IMG/VR virus record: IMGVR_UViG_3300043410_000417
Location: 1-61,976 of that record
DNA: 61,976 nucleotides
DNA from: a virus
Taxonomy: Duplodnaviria > Caudoviricetes
Direction: 5' to 3' (one strand)
Positions 53,454 through 61,976 of the stretch are shown in pieces (the first letter of the stretch is position 1; the number at the start of each line of letters is the position of its first letter). The translations under genes and the position numbers were made by a program. The notes under the pieces were generated by a model. That model searched no databases, was not told the DNA's origin, and was given only the letters and a program-made list of their open reading frames with translations.

Positions 53454-53710
53454 GCGATCACCTGAATACGAGGAGAGGCGTCAGTGTCCATGAACGCATT
53501 ACCTTGGACTGCAGCAGTGAAGAAATCAGTCTTGAACTTTTTATCTTCAACACCTTGCCAAACACGCTTGATGAACTTGGCACGGAAATCACCGTACATC
53601 TCGCTGATGGAAACCACCTGACCGACCATATAGCAATTGTCGATACCGTTAAAATCAAGACTCTTCACAATGTCGCCGACTTTCATAATAACTCCTTCTC
53701 GATTCATCAT
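53450..53710 (-). CDS. hypothetical protein
   Basis: First ORF after early promoter; likely start MKVGD at 53686. Confidence 0.65.
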   Translation of the reverse strand: MMNREGVIMKVGDIVKSLDFNGIDNCYMVGQVVSISEMYGDFRAKFIKRVWQGVEDKKFKTDFFTAAVQGNAFMDTDASPRIQVIA

Positions 53711-53717
53711 AAGAGTT

Positions 53718-53746
53718 ATTATACATCAATCCTGCAACTTTGTCAA
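53718..53746 (-). promoter_or_regulatory. sigma70-type early promoter
   Basis: TTGACA-17 nt-TATAAT. Confidence 0.85.
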
Positions 53747-53809
53747 GCCCTAAATGACAAAACCCCACACTTGGTGGGGTTATTAAAAGTAATACTTTAG
53801 GTTTACTTT

Positions 53810-54106
53810 TTAGATCGTTCCTGCGGGGACGATCTGAATACCAGAACCGAATACACGGCGATATTCATTTTCCATTTTAGGGTCTGCATCGGCTACTGCT
53901 GCAACAGCCGAATTATTAAGAGTAATATTACCGACCGCATATGGCATGTATGGAGCAACTCCAACACCCATTCCACGTTCAGTTTGCTGCATCATAATAG
54001 ATGCAGGAGATTCTAAAGTATAAGTTCCATCGGAATTAGATTTAACTTCAGAAATTAACTCTTCACCATTAATCAATTTAAACACTTTAATCATATTATT
54101 CCTCAA
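53810..54106 (-). CDS. Sm-like conserved phage protein
   Basis: KLINGEELI..PYMPY..Y...FGSGI. Confidence 0.75.
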   Translation of the reverse strand: MRNNMIKVFKLINGEELISEVKSNSDGTYTLESPASIMMQQTERGMGVGVAPYMPYAVGNITLNNSAVAAVADADPKMENEYRRVFGSGIQIVPAGTI

Positions 54107-54296
54107 CTAGGGTTTCAATAAAATCTGCTGCTTTATTTTGATCTAAAAAGAACTTAATAATAGTTTTATCAGAATCAAATGTATGCTGCGCCACGACCAT
54201 TATGTATTTGTTTTTATATACGGATACTTTAAGAAACCATTCTCCCCTGCGCACCAACACGAAGGATATTAGATTGGGGGAGAGTTTGGCTTTCAT
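54096..54296 (-). CDS. hypothetical protein
   Basis: 66-aa ORF. Confidence 0.55.
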   Translation of the reverse strand: MKAKLSPNLISFVLVRRGEWFLKVSVYKNKYIMVVAQHTFDSDKTIIKFFLDQNKAADFIETLVEE

Positions 54297-54305
54297 ATAA
54301 CATAT

Positions 54306-54863
54306 TTAGATGTTACGTCTCCAGTAAAAATCAAATGCGTTATAATTTTGTTTATACAACATATCGTATAAAGCGATTCTATCCATGTATGCATCACGCA
54401 TGTGGGTGGCAGGGGTAGGAGGTTCAACCTTAACTTCTGCGTCGGTTTCTCCATATTCGCTAACAACGACCATATCGTTCTTAGAAGCGATATGACGCAT
54501 GGCGCGATTCTCTGTCAGACAGTGCATGAACACTGTTGTGATATCTTTGGTGCGTAGCCAAGTCACTGCGCGATCGAACATTGATTGTGCTAGACCTTGA
54601 TTGCGGTAATCTGGATTAACAGAACATCCAAGTTCTGCCTGTCCGTTATAGATTGCAGCATGGCATGCGGCAATTAGGTTACCACCAATATGATCTACGC
54701 CAAACCATTTCGAATCGTCTTCGAATGACTTTTCCACATATTCCTGAATATATGTATCAGAAACAGTTCCACCAAAGCGTAGGCGTCGGTCTTCACCCTG
54801 TAGGGATTGAAGATGATAAACAATCTTCTGTTTATCCAGTACTGTTAGTTTACGTGCTACCAT
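54306..54863 (-). CDS. GNAT acetyltransferase
   Basis: DRRLRFG, SVNPDYRNQGLA, CLTENRAM. Confidence 0.85.
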   Translation of the reverse strand: MVARKLTVLDKQKIVYHLQSLQGEDRRLRFGGTVSDTYIQEYVEKSFEDDSKWFGVDHIGGNLIAACHAAIYNGQAELGCSVNPDYRNQGLAQSMFDRAVTWLRTKDITTVFMHCLTENRAMRHIASKNDMVVVSEYGETDAEVKVEPPTPATHMRDAYMDRIALYDMLYKQNYNAFDFYWRRNI

Positions 54864-54958
54864 ATTAGAAGGGGCTTGCGCCCCTGTCCTTTACTTAACC
54901 TTACCTGTTTTGTATCTTCTAAAAGATTCTAGGAAGGATTGTAGTTTAGCAAGTAGTC

Positions 54959-55441
54959 TCATGCTGCTTCATTTAGAAGAGTCTTTTCAGACTTTGCACG
55001 GACTGGTACTTTCTTAGACTTTTGTGTCTCAGGAATCAACTTTTCCAGAGCGATCTTCAACATACCGTTGAACAACTCAGCGTCCTTAACTTCAACTTGA
55101 TCGTTGAGAGCGAAAGAGCGAGTGAACGCACGAGAAGCGATACCCTTGAACAAGAAGTCGTTTGTTTCGTCAGTAGTGACGTTACCCTTAACGATCAACT
55201 TACCACCGTCGATCTCGATGTCAAGTTCGTTCTGACCGAAGCCAGCGACAGCCATCTCGATGACGTAGTGAGTGTCATCAACCTTGCGGATGTTGTATGG
55301 AGGGTAGTTTGGGACGTTCTTAGTCAAGTCGTCGTGCAGTTGCTGCATCTTGCGGAATTGTTCATCGAAGCCGACAAAGAACTTGTCGATATCTTTGAAA
55401 GTGTCTTGACTAAAGAAAGCAGGTACGAATTGCTTATTCAT
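54959..55441 (-). CDS. small heat shock protein Hsp20
   Basis: YPPYNI, AVAGF, GIASRAFTRSF, NGML. Confidence 0.95.
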   Translation of the reverse strand: MNKQFVPAFFSQDTFKDIDKFFVGFDEQFRKMQQLHDDLTKNVPNYPPYNIRKVDDTHYVIEMAVAGFGQNELDIEIDGGKLIVKGNVTTDETNDFLFKGIASRAFTRSFALNDQVEVKDAELFNGMLKIALEKLIPETQKSKKVPVRAKSEKTLLNEAA

Positions 55442-55601
55442 GGTTTTCTCCTATTAAGCGAGTTAAAATAAAATGCGACTACCCAATTTGGCGTAGTCAA
55501 TCCTGCTTACTGTGGTACAGGGACACCTTTTCGTAGTGCCAGCCTTAGACGCTCCTAAGGTAGTAGAGTCTTTACGTTCCCATCCCGAGGGATAAAATTA
55601 T

Positions 55602-55769
55602 TTAGGCAGCTGTTTGTTCAGCTTGCTCTGCTGCCATCAATGCAGCAACTTGAGAGTCACCTTGTTGCTTAATCTTAACGATCAAGTTAGCGACTTCATC
55701 GAATGGGTGCTTACCCAATACACGAAGAATAGTGTTTACTTCATTCACATCAAGTTCAAGTTTAATCAT
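55602..55769 (-). CDS. small hypothetical protein
   Basis: 55-aa ORF below track cutoff (MIKLELDVNEVNTILRVLGKHPFDEV...), ATGA-coupled to regA. Confidence 0.6.
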   Translation of the reverse strand: MIKLELDVNEVNTILRVLGKHPFDEVANLIVKIKQQGDSQVAALMAAEQAEQTAA

Positions 55770-56185
55770 TTTGTTTTCTTTCCAATGTTATATTTCGGTA
55801 CAAGTTCCCATTGGTCTTTGTCCTTATAAGACACGACCTTAATTTGAGACAGAGAAGCCTTTTGCTCTGACTGCGTAGTATTTAGTATCTTTAACAGATC
55901 CCAATCAGCTAGCAGACCAGCGATAGCGTTTCGTCTCTCGATATCACCACTGGTGATGTTCGATTCTTTGCCGTCCAATGCAAACAGTTCTTTGAAATGG
56001 ACAATGAAGTATCTACCTTGCTTATGTAGGATGTGGCAAGATTGATACAACTTGTTTTCTTTTCTGGATGCGATGCCGATGCGAGTAAGAGTCTCTCGAA
56101 CCTTTAAGAAGTTATCAGGTTCTGGCAGTGTCACTTCAAGCATAGACTCGGGAGTCCAGTCGTAGTAAATCATCTCTACAGACAT
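55766..56185 (-). CDS. regA: translational repressor RegA
   Basis: FLKVRETLTRIGIAS..LYQSCHILHKQG.Y.IVHFKELF.LDG. Confidence 0.96.
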   Translation of the reverse strand: MSVEMIYYDWTPESMLEVTLPEPDNFLKVRETLTRIGIASRKENKLYQSCHILHKQGRYFIVHFKELFALDGKESNITSGDIERRNAIAGLLADWDLLKILNTTQSEQKASLSQIKVVSYKDKDQWELVPKYNIGKKTK

Positions 56186-56571
56186 TATTTTCCACCTTTG
56201 AATAGTTTTTCTTTTATCATCATCAAGTCTTCGTCTGAAAGAACCGTCAACGCTTCTCTCGCCTTCTCACTTGAATAGCCAAAATACTCTTTTACGAGTT
56301 GTAACGATTCAGTTTTGGGTTCTTTCTCAACCCACTTGCTAAATCGCTTCTTCTTAGAAATAGTATTTAGGAAAAACTGGAATTGCCACTTCGCTGGAAT
56401 ATCTGAATGCATATTCATTGCATTCGCAGGAAGGACAGTGTCGGGGAAATAACCTAATGCTCTGTTTACGATAAATTTAGTCTTGTTGTATTCCTTTTCG
56501 TTCTGAGGATCTTCTGCGAGCAAATCTTTCTTTGTAAGGTTGATCGCATTAACAAAATCAAATGGGCTCAT
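56185..56571 (-). CDS. gp62: clamp loader small subunit
   Basis: FIVNRAL..KKRFSKW..KEYFGYS; synteny. Confidence 0.9.
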   Translation of the reverse strand: MSPFDFVNAINLTKKDLLAEDPQNEKEYNKTKFIVNRALGYFPDTVLPANAMNMHSDIPAKWQFQFFLNTISKKKRFSKWVEKEPKTESLQLVKEYFGYSSEKAREALTVLSDEDLMMIKEKLFKGGK

Positions 56572-56888
56572 TTGAAACCAACTTCTTTCAGATTGTCTGA
56601 CGTAGCGAAGAATCTTTTTCCAGGAAATTTCTCTCCAAGAACCTTCTCAAGATCCATTCTGTTTGTAGCCTGACCCATGAACGCATCAGTATTGCTATCG
56701 AACACATAAAGGAAATCGCCGTTACGCTCAATCTTGATATTGATACCGTTCTGCTTTTCCTTATCTAGTTCATCTTCCATCTGATCGAGTAAACGCTCAA
56801 CAGTCTTCTTAGCCGCACGTTCACGCGACTCCCAACCGAAGATAAACCCTGCTACAAAAATCAAAAAGATAATAACGAATTGTTCCAT
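56568..56888 (-). CDS. hypothetical protein with N-terminal TM
   Basis: 106-aa ORF. Confidence 0.65.
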   Translation of the reverse strand: MEQFVIIFLIFVAGFIFGWESRERAAKKTVERLLDQMEDELDKEKQNGINIKIERNGDFLYVFDSNTDAFMGQATNRMDLEKVLGEKFPGKRFFATSDNLKEVGFK

Positions 56889-56895
56889 AGCATCC

Positions 56896-57852
56896 TCACT
56901 TGAATTTACATTGGACCATAATTTCTGTTAGAGCAGCCATGATGTTCAGTTCGTGGTCTGCCACAAAAGCAGCTTTGTACTGATAGTCTGCAAGAATCAG
57001 AACCAGATTAGGGATTGTAGATGCGTCGATAGTTTCGGTGGCAGTATCGTACAGATCTCGGAACAAAGCAGTCGTATCGACATCAGTGTTCTTTCCAACC
57101 CACTTACGAACTTCAGGATAGTCCTTAGTCTTCATCATTCGGATCAAAGACTTCAGAGACTCTTCTGACATATTCACAAGAAGACCGCTATCAATCTTAC
57201 CAGAAACAGAGTAACGCTGAAGTTCGTTCAGAACTCGACGCCAGTCTGGGAAGTGTTTAGTGATCAGTTCTGCTACAACCTTAGAATCGAATTCAATCTT
57301 TTCTGCAGTTAGAATGTCCACGGCACGACGATAGAACGAAGCTGCAATCTTAGCCTTATCTGCAGCGTCAATCTTAAACTCGATAACAGCGCATCGGCTA
57401 TGGAGAGGTTCGATGATCTTCTGTTTGTAGTTACAGGTGAAGATGAATCGGCAGTTCGCAGAAAACTCTTCCATATAGTTACGCAAAGCTGGTTGCGTAG
57501 AGTTTGCCTGCATATAGTCAGCCTCATCCATAATGATGACTTTCTTGGCGTCAGTCAACGAAACAGAGGTAGCGAAACCTTTAACGAGGTCACGAAGTGT
57601 GTCGATATGACCACCAGTGTCAGAGCCGTTAAGAACGATATACTCTGCGCCGATCTCATTACATAGAGCCTTAGCGATTGTGGTCTTACCCACACCAGCG
57701 GTACCACACAAAATCATATGAGGCAGTTCACCCTGTGCCACATAGTCCTTAAAAGTCTTTTTCAGAGACTCGGGAAGAATACAATCATCAATCTTCTGTG
57801 GACGGTACTTCTCAACCCACAGAAACTGGTCATTACGAATATCCATTAGCAA
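56896..57852 (-). CDS. gp44: clamp loader large subunit
   Basis: LWVEKYRP, GVGKTT, DEAD, SRC. Confidence 0.96.
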   Translation of the reverse strand: MLMDIRNDQFLWVEKYRPQKIDDCILPESLKKTFKDYVAQGELPHMILCGTAGVGKTTIAKALCNEIGAEYIVLNGSDTGGHIDTLRDLVKGFATSVSLTDAKKVIIMDEADYMQANSTQPALRNYMEEFSANCRFIFTCNYKQKIIEPLHSRCAVIEFKIDAADKAKIAASFYRRAVDILTAEKIEFDSKVVAELITKHFPDWRRVLNELQRYSVSGKIDSGLLVNMSEESLKSLIRMMKTKDYPEVRKWVGKNTDVDTTALFRDLYDTATETIDASTIPNLVLILADYQYKAAFVADHELNIMAALTEIMVQCKFK

Positions 57853-57897
57853 TCCTTCATAACAAATAAGAAGAGGGAGATTATACTCCCTCTCGTT

Positions 57898-58554
57898 TTA
57901 GAAATCAAATGTAGAGTCAGCCTCAACTGCGACGTAGTAAACCAAGTCGCCAGCACCCTTGAAACGGGAGATTTTCTTGCTAGAGATACTCACAGTGTAA
58001 TCGCCTGGAAGCATTTTTAGGTTTTCGACCTTCAGGTTAACACGGAAAGTCTTGTCGGTAGTTCCAACAGGTTCGCTGAAAGAGTTACCAGTCGCGTTCT
58101 TCTTGTCGCCGACGACTGCAGTGATAGTCTCGCCATCACCGACAATGGATAGGTCAGTCGCGCGAAGGACAGACGCAGTACGATGAACCATATTCAACAT
58201 CGCTGCAGTCATATTGAATTCGATCTCTGCCTGAGGGAAAGTGATGCTCTTCTGTGGAGCAGTCAAAACAGATGCATCAGCAGCGAAATACTTGATGCTC
58301 ATATTACCTTGCTTGATGGTAACATACTTGGTGTCGAAGTCCAACTCTGGATCCTCGAACAAAGACATCGCACCCAAGAACTCATTCAAGTCATAGATAC
58401 CGAAGTCTGGGAAAGTCTCAGTGACAGTTGCGTCTGCCATAACGTTTTTCTGTGCGCTGATGGTAGCCAGCTTATTACCGCTCTTCAAAAGAAGGTTGCT
58501 GTTGATACCAGCGAAGTTCTTGATCAGACCGACGGTCTCTTTACTTAGTTTCAT
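57898..58554 (-). CDS. gp45: sliding clamp
   Basis: MKLSKET..KNFAGIN..FGIYDLNEFL; synteny. Confidence 0.93.
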   Translation of the reverse strand: MKLSKETVGLIKNFAGINSNLLLKSGNKLATISAQKNVMADATVTETFPDFGIYDLNEFLGAMSLFEDPELDFDTKYVTIKQGNMSIKYFAADASVLTAPQKSITFPQAEIEFNMTAAMLNMVHRTASVLRATDLSIVGDGETITAVVGDKKNATGNSFSEPVGTTDKTFRVNLKVENLKMLPGDYTVSISSKKISRFKGAGDLVYYVAVEADSTFDF

Positions 58555-58624
58555 ATTTTCTCCAATCAATAGTTACATTACTATGTATAAAGTATTTTAC
58601 CCCAAAGAGGGGTAAATGACAAAT

Positions 58625-58873
58625 TTATTTTGTGATCTTTTCGTAGATCTCTTCGAACTCTTCGTTCTCTTGCTGAGCCTGTTGGAAGTTTTGTTTGTGG
58701 TAAGTCTTGGCAATCTTACTTACAGTCTTCTTAGGGATCTGGTATTTGTCGGACAATTCCTTGACAGCCTCTTTGACGTAGTCGCGCTCACCTTCAGTGC
58801 GAGTCATTGAGTTGCTAATCTCCACGATAACTTTGTGGAAGTCTTTCTTGTCTTGATCTGAAATAATGGTCAT
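58625..58873 (-). CDS. dsbA: DsbA-like dsDNA-binding protein
   Basis: EISNSMTR.E.ERD..K..KTYHKQNF. Confidence 0.75.
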   Translation of the reverse strand: MTIISDQDKKDFHKVIVEISNSMTRTEGERDYVKEAVKELSDKYQIPKKTVSKIAKTYHKQNFQQAQQENEEFEEIYEKITK

Positions 58874-59260
58874 TTAGATACTCTTGTAAAGTGCGCCAGC
58901 TGCAACGAATTGTTGTTTCCAACCCCATTCGTCGAGGACGAGTTGATTAAAAATATGTTCTTCGATTTCGATAACACTCTCAACAGACAACTCAAGCATA
59001 CGAATTGCACGGCTGTAGTTATCTTCGTAGGACATTGGAACAGAAGGAAACTTCTTGAAATCGAATTTGCTTAGGTCAGCAGTCTTCGCCATTTTTAGGT
59101 TCGCAGAAGCGATCTTAATAACAGCAACCTTATAGTCTTCGACAGACTCTTTGTAAGCAGCAATGTGCTTTTCTTTGTTCTCGCGAACAATATTCAGCAA
59201 CTCATCGCGTTGCATCTTAACTGAATTCATAACATTCCTTTTAATATCTAACATAATCAA
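58874..59260 (-). CDS. hypothetical protein
   Basis: 128-aa ORF. Confidence 0.7.
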   Translation of the reverse strand: MIMLDIKRNVMNSVKMQRDELLNIVRENKEKHIAAYKESVEDYKVAVIKIASANLKMAKTADLSKFDFKKFPSVPMSYEDNYSRAIRMLELSVESVIEIEEHIFNQLVLDEWGWKQQFVAAGALYKSI

Positions 59261-59766
59261 TCGCAGCCTGAACTGCTGCTCCCAGAATCAGAAGAGCTAT
59301 AGCTCGAAGAACTATCAGAAGAAGAGTAAGACGAGTAGCTGGAAGAAGAACTGCTCTCATAACTACTACGCGAACAACTGTCATCGGATGATGAAGAACT
59401 GTACGAATAGGATGGAGTAGTATCCATCGCTGCAACCATATTGTTCATCATAATCATATTCGCCACTTCATCAGAGTCGGTGGCAACGCTACGAGAATAT
59501 GTCGGTTCAGATCTACGGGTGGTAGTCTTAGACGTAACAGTAGGAGCCTTTTGGACTGGTGTTGAAATGCGCTCATATGTCATACGCTCTGCTCGAGCAG
59601 CACGACGAGCCGCATCAGCACGTTCTTCCATCAGACGATAGGAAGCGATGGCACGTTCCATTTCTTTCTTCTTCAGAAGGTAGGACTTACGTGCAGAGTA
59701 TGCAGCAGCGAGTACAATGAGACCGCCGACTGCAAAAACAACTAACCAAAGGATATCAATTTGCAT
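59257..59766 (-). CDS. membrane-anchored protein with Ser-rich tail
   Basis: N-terminal TM, C-terminal S/D/Y low-complexity tract ending GCD. Confidence 0.7.
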   Translation of the reverse strand: MQIDILWLVVFAVGGLIVLAAAYSARKSYLLKKKEMERAIASYRLMEERADAARRAARAERMTYERISTPVQKAPTVTSKTTTRRSEPTYSRSVATDSDEVANMIMMNNMVAAMDTTPSYSYSSSSSDDSCSRSSYESSSSSSYSSYSSSDSSSSYSSSDSGSSSSGCD

Positions 59767-60142
59767 ACTTGTCCTTCTTGTATTGTTCGAATTGTTTCAC
59801 CAGACGTTGGTGTTCTTCGTGTGAGCAGTAGAGAGTCCACTCGCGGACGATGTCCTTGTAGGTAACATTATCGCTGTCAGTAGAAACAACTGGCTCTGTC
59901 AAGATATAACCAATGACAGTCTTGGGGATGTTGTTCTCTTTCATACGCTCGATGGAGAAAGCATTCATCTCTTTCCAGTCAATGGCGTATGTAGCTTTAG
60001 AGTATTCGTCATCAAGACGGTCAGTGAGTTCCTTGATACGAGCAACGAGGTTGGCATTCTCGCTGACTAGGCTATCAAGTTCTCGCTTAGTCTTTTCGAT
60101 CTCACGATCGAGTTGTTTATCGAGTTTATTACCGAAAAACAT
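59756..60142 (-). CDS. hypothetical protein
   Basis: 128-aa ORF with GGAG RBS. Confidence 0.7.
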   Translation of the reverse strand: MFFGNKLDKQLDREIEKTKRELDSLVSENANLVARIKELTDRLDDEYSKATYAIDWKEMNAFSIERMKENNIPKTVIGYILTEPVVSTDSDNVTYKDIVREWTLYCSHEEHQRLVKQFEQYKKDKYAN

Positions 60143-60143
60143 A

Positions 60144-60476
60144 TCACTCCTTACTATATTTCACATCGTGTTCATAAAGAAACATCAGGCAACACATTGC
60201 GTGAGCCAGATGGTGGATGCCAGATTCTGGATCCATTTCCTCACCTGCTTTATAAGCCCACAGGTGACGTTGCATCGCATCGAAGTAACGACGTTTGGAA
60301 TCAGGTACTTGTTTCCAATTGTCTGGCTCATACTTCTCTGCTCCAAAGGTCAGAACCTTAACGGTCTCTGCCAATGCTAGGGGTGGTAGTAGACCATATT
60401 GTAGTTTACCGCCATCGAATTTTCTACCGCCAGTGGTAGCTTTTTGGGATGCTTTAACTTCTTCTAAAGTTGCCAT
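60144..60476 (-). CDS. dATP/dGTP diphosphohydrolase-like (DUF5664)
   Basis: KFDGGK..LLP..FGAEKY..NW..RHL..DPESG.HHLAHA.C. Confidence 0.85.
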   Translation of the reverse strand: MATLEEVKASQKATTGGRKFDGGKLQYGLLPPLALAETVKVLTFGAEKYEPDNWKQVPDSKRRYFDAMQRHLWAYKAGEEMDPESGIHHLAHAMCCLMFLYEHDVKYSKE

Positions 60477-60537
60477 TATTCCTCCAGTGAAAATGGTAAT
60501 GGGCACTCAGCCCGAATACCCATTAACGTTTCACTGC

Positions 60538-60801
60538 TTAGCGTTGTGCAGTGAAAGCCTGTGCGCCGAGAACAGCGTTGGCAAGTTGGACCATGCGCTT
60601 GCTTGGCTTACCAATACGGTACTTAGTAGTTGCAGTACCATCAGCAAGTTTTGCGCGGTTAGAATAGATGCAATGACCCTGTGAACGCAATTGGTGGATC
60701 GCATCGTGGGGATTCTTCAAACCGAAAGAACCGTGGATTTGGCGTGCAGTAACTTCAGCGCCAGATTGCAGGTGGGAAAGTAATTTAGCTTGTCGAGACA
60801 T
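60538..60801 (-). CDS. winged helix-turn-helix protein
   Basis: VTARQI..FGLKNP..I..LR..GH.IY.N..YRIG.P. Confidence 0.7.
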   Translation of the reverse strand: MSRQAKLLSHLQSGAEVTARQIHGSFGLKNPHDAIHQLRSQGHCIYSNRAKLADGTATTKYRIGKPSKRMVQLANAVLGAQAFTAQR

Positions 60802-60887
60802 AGTTTCTCCATTATAAAACCATCATACAAAAAAGAGCCGTTGAGGGGATGGCACCCTCAACAGCCCAGAAAAATAATTATTCTCTA

Positions 60888-61379
60888 TTAGACTTCAATG
60901 CCATTGTCGCGAAGGATCTGGTTGAAGTCTTCGACTTCGTCATCGACAGGAGTGGAGTCATCGATAATCTTTTGCAGACGCGATTCTTCCATCTTCTCTT
61001 TAGAGACGACAGCCTTAGTAGCTTTGGCAGGAGCCTTAGCCTTAACGTTCACAACCTTAGTCTTGGTTGCCTTTACTGCCTTAGCAGTAGCCTTAGGTGC
61101 TTGCTTTGCAGCAACTTCCTTGGCGAAGGCAGACAATTCAGTTGCGTTAGGAACAGGGAGTTGGTACACGCCACGCTCAACCTTGTTCTTGTTGAAGAGC
61201 CAGTTAGGATAACCGATCTTCTCACCTTTAGCACCAGTACGCTGGTCACGCATCTCGTAATAGAATGCAGCGCATTCCTTCAGAGTGATTTGAGGAGTCT
61301 TCTTGTAGCTAGGATTAGCTTCCAAGAGAGCCACAACAAAACGCTTTTGAGACAGGGACAGGTCAGCGAATTTCAACAT
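60888..61379 (-). CDS. hypothetical early protein with Lys/Ala-rich tract
   Basis: First ORF after promoter, AAGGA RBS, KATAKAVKATK histone-like segment. Confidence 0.75.
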   Translation of the reverse strand: MLKFADLSLSQKRFVVALLEANPSYKKTPQITLKECAAFYYEMRDQRTGAKGEKIGYPNWLFNKNKVERGVYQLPVPNATELSAFAKEVAAKQAPKATAKAVKATKTKVVNVKAKAPAKATKAVVSKEKMEESRLQKIIDDSTPVDDEVEDFNQILRDNGIEV

Positions 61380-61420
61380 AATAAATTTCCTTTCAAGGGT
61401 TTTTCGAACTAACAGACTAT

Positions 61421-61449
61421 ATTATACAGCAGGTTGCACCAAATGTCAA
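61421..61449 (-). promoter_or_regulatory. sigma70-type early promoter
   Basis: TTGACA-17 nt-TATAAT. Confidence 0.85.
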
Positions 61450-61533
61450 CAACTTTTTGTAATAACCCTACGGGTTGTAGGGGATTAAAAAGTCCTGTAA
61501 AATCAACAACTTACGAAAAGTAATACCTTCGTT

Positions 61534-61976
61534 TTAGAAGGGGATTTCACCTTCGGGGTCGGCGATTGTTGGTGGCACTGGCTTAACTGGTGCAGGAGGG
61601 TTTGCGATGTTGTCGTACAGCTTCAGGAAGGCGTCTTTCGTAGAAGAATCGAAACGATTGCAACAGAGTTCTACAGCCTTCTGACGATCTTTGAAAATCG
61701 CAAAAGCCCGAACAATGTGGATCATACGACGAGTCGTGATCGTTTCGTCAACACCACCATCAGCGAACGTGCGACGAATTGCGTCTGCCCACTTCACCAG
61801 CGTATCTGCGAATTCCTCATCTTCACATTGAAAGGAAGTCATCAGATTAGATACAATCTTGGCTTCGATTTTCGCGTTGGGGTAATCCTGTTCAAAGGTC
61901 ACCGCGAAACGTTCCAAGAATGCTTCGTTCAAAATGTTCGTACCAATATAGCGACCATCGTCTGAGCCTTTACCCT
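61534..61976 (-). CDS. CobS/MoxR-like AAA+ ATPase (5' truncated by window)
   Basis: GKGSDDGRYIGTNILNEAFLERF..WADAIR.TF.DGGVDE.ITTRR. Confidence 0.88.
   Translation of the reverse strand, partial: GKGSDDGRYIGTNILNEAFLERFAVTFEQDYPNAKIEAKIVSNLMTSFQCEDEEFADTLVKWADAIRRTFADGGVDETITTRRMIHIVRAFAIFKDRQKAVELCCNRFDSSTKDAFLKLYDNIANPPAPVKPVPPTIADPEGEIPF

Noticed and set aside
60144-60476. Z-genome (2-aminoadenine) pathway suggested by the DUF5664 diphosphohydrolase
   Set aside because: No purZ or datZ in the window; the family is widespread in phages without Z DNA.

Overview
A 62-kb segment of a large T4-like myophage (Tevenvirinae/cyanomyovirus-like gene set). The proteobacterial-type IscU/IscA/ErpA suggest a Proteobacteria host (inference). 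Almost all genes are on the minus strand. The right two-thirds carries T4 core replication genes (gp45, gp44, gp62, regA, gp30, dexA, gp43, uvsX, gp41, gp61, rnh), nucleotide metabolism (nrdA/B, thyX, dCMP deaminase), an embedded spanin pair and a DNA base hypermodification cluster (TET/JBP oxygenase, class II glutamine amidotransferase, GNAT, amino acid:DNA transferase, P-loop kinase). Three of those enzymes end in a clamp-binding-like tail like that of gp43. The left part holds a 6.9-kb array of 40 tRNA genes read by hand, covering all 20 amino acids and including an amber suppressor and three non-Arg A34 tRNAs. The most unusual signals are around this array. (1) A leaderless 40-codon peptide upstream uses all 20 amino acids and 35 different codons and overlaps an antiterminator/terminator pair, which looks like a pan-codon translation-sensing attenuator. 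(2) Seven RNAs share a covarying 7-bp stem plus CAGCAA handle fused to different tRNA pieces (isolated anticodon arms, circularly permuted tRNA bodies). (3) Two 6-codon UAG minigenes are present, one directly behind the amber suppressor. All calls come from reading the sequence; no database searches were run and tRNA ends may be off by 1-2 nt.
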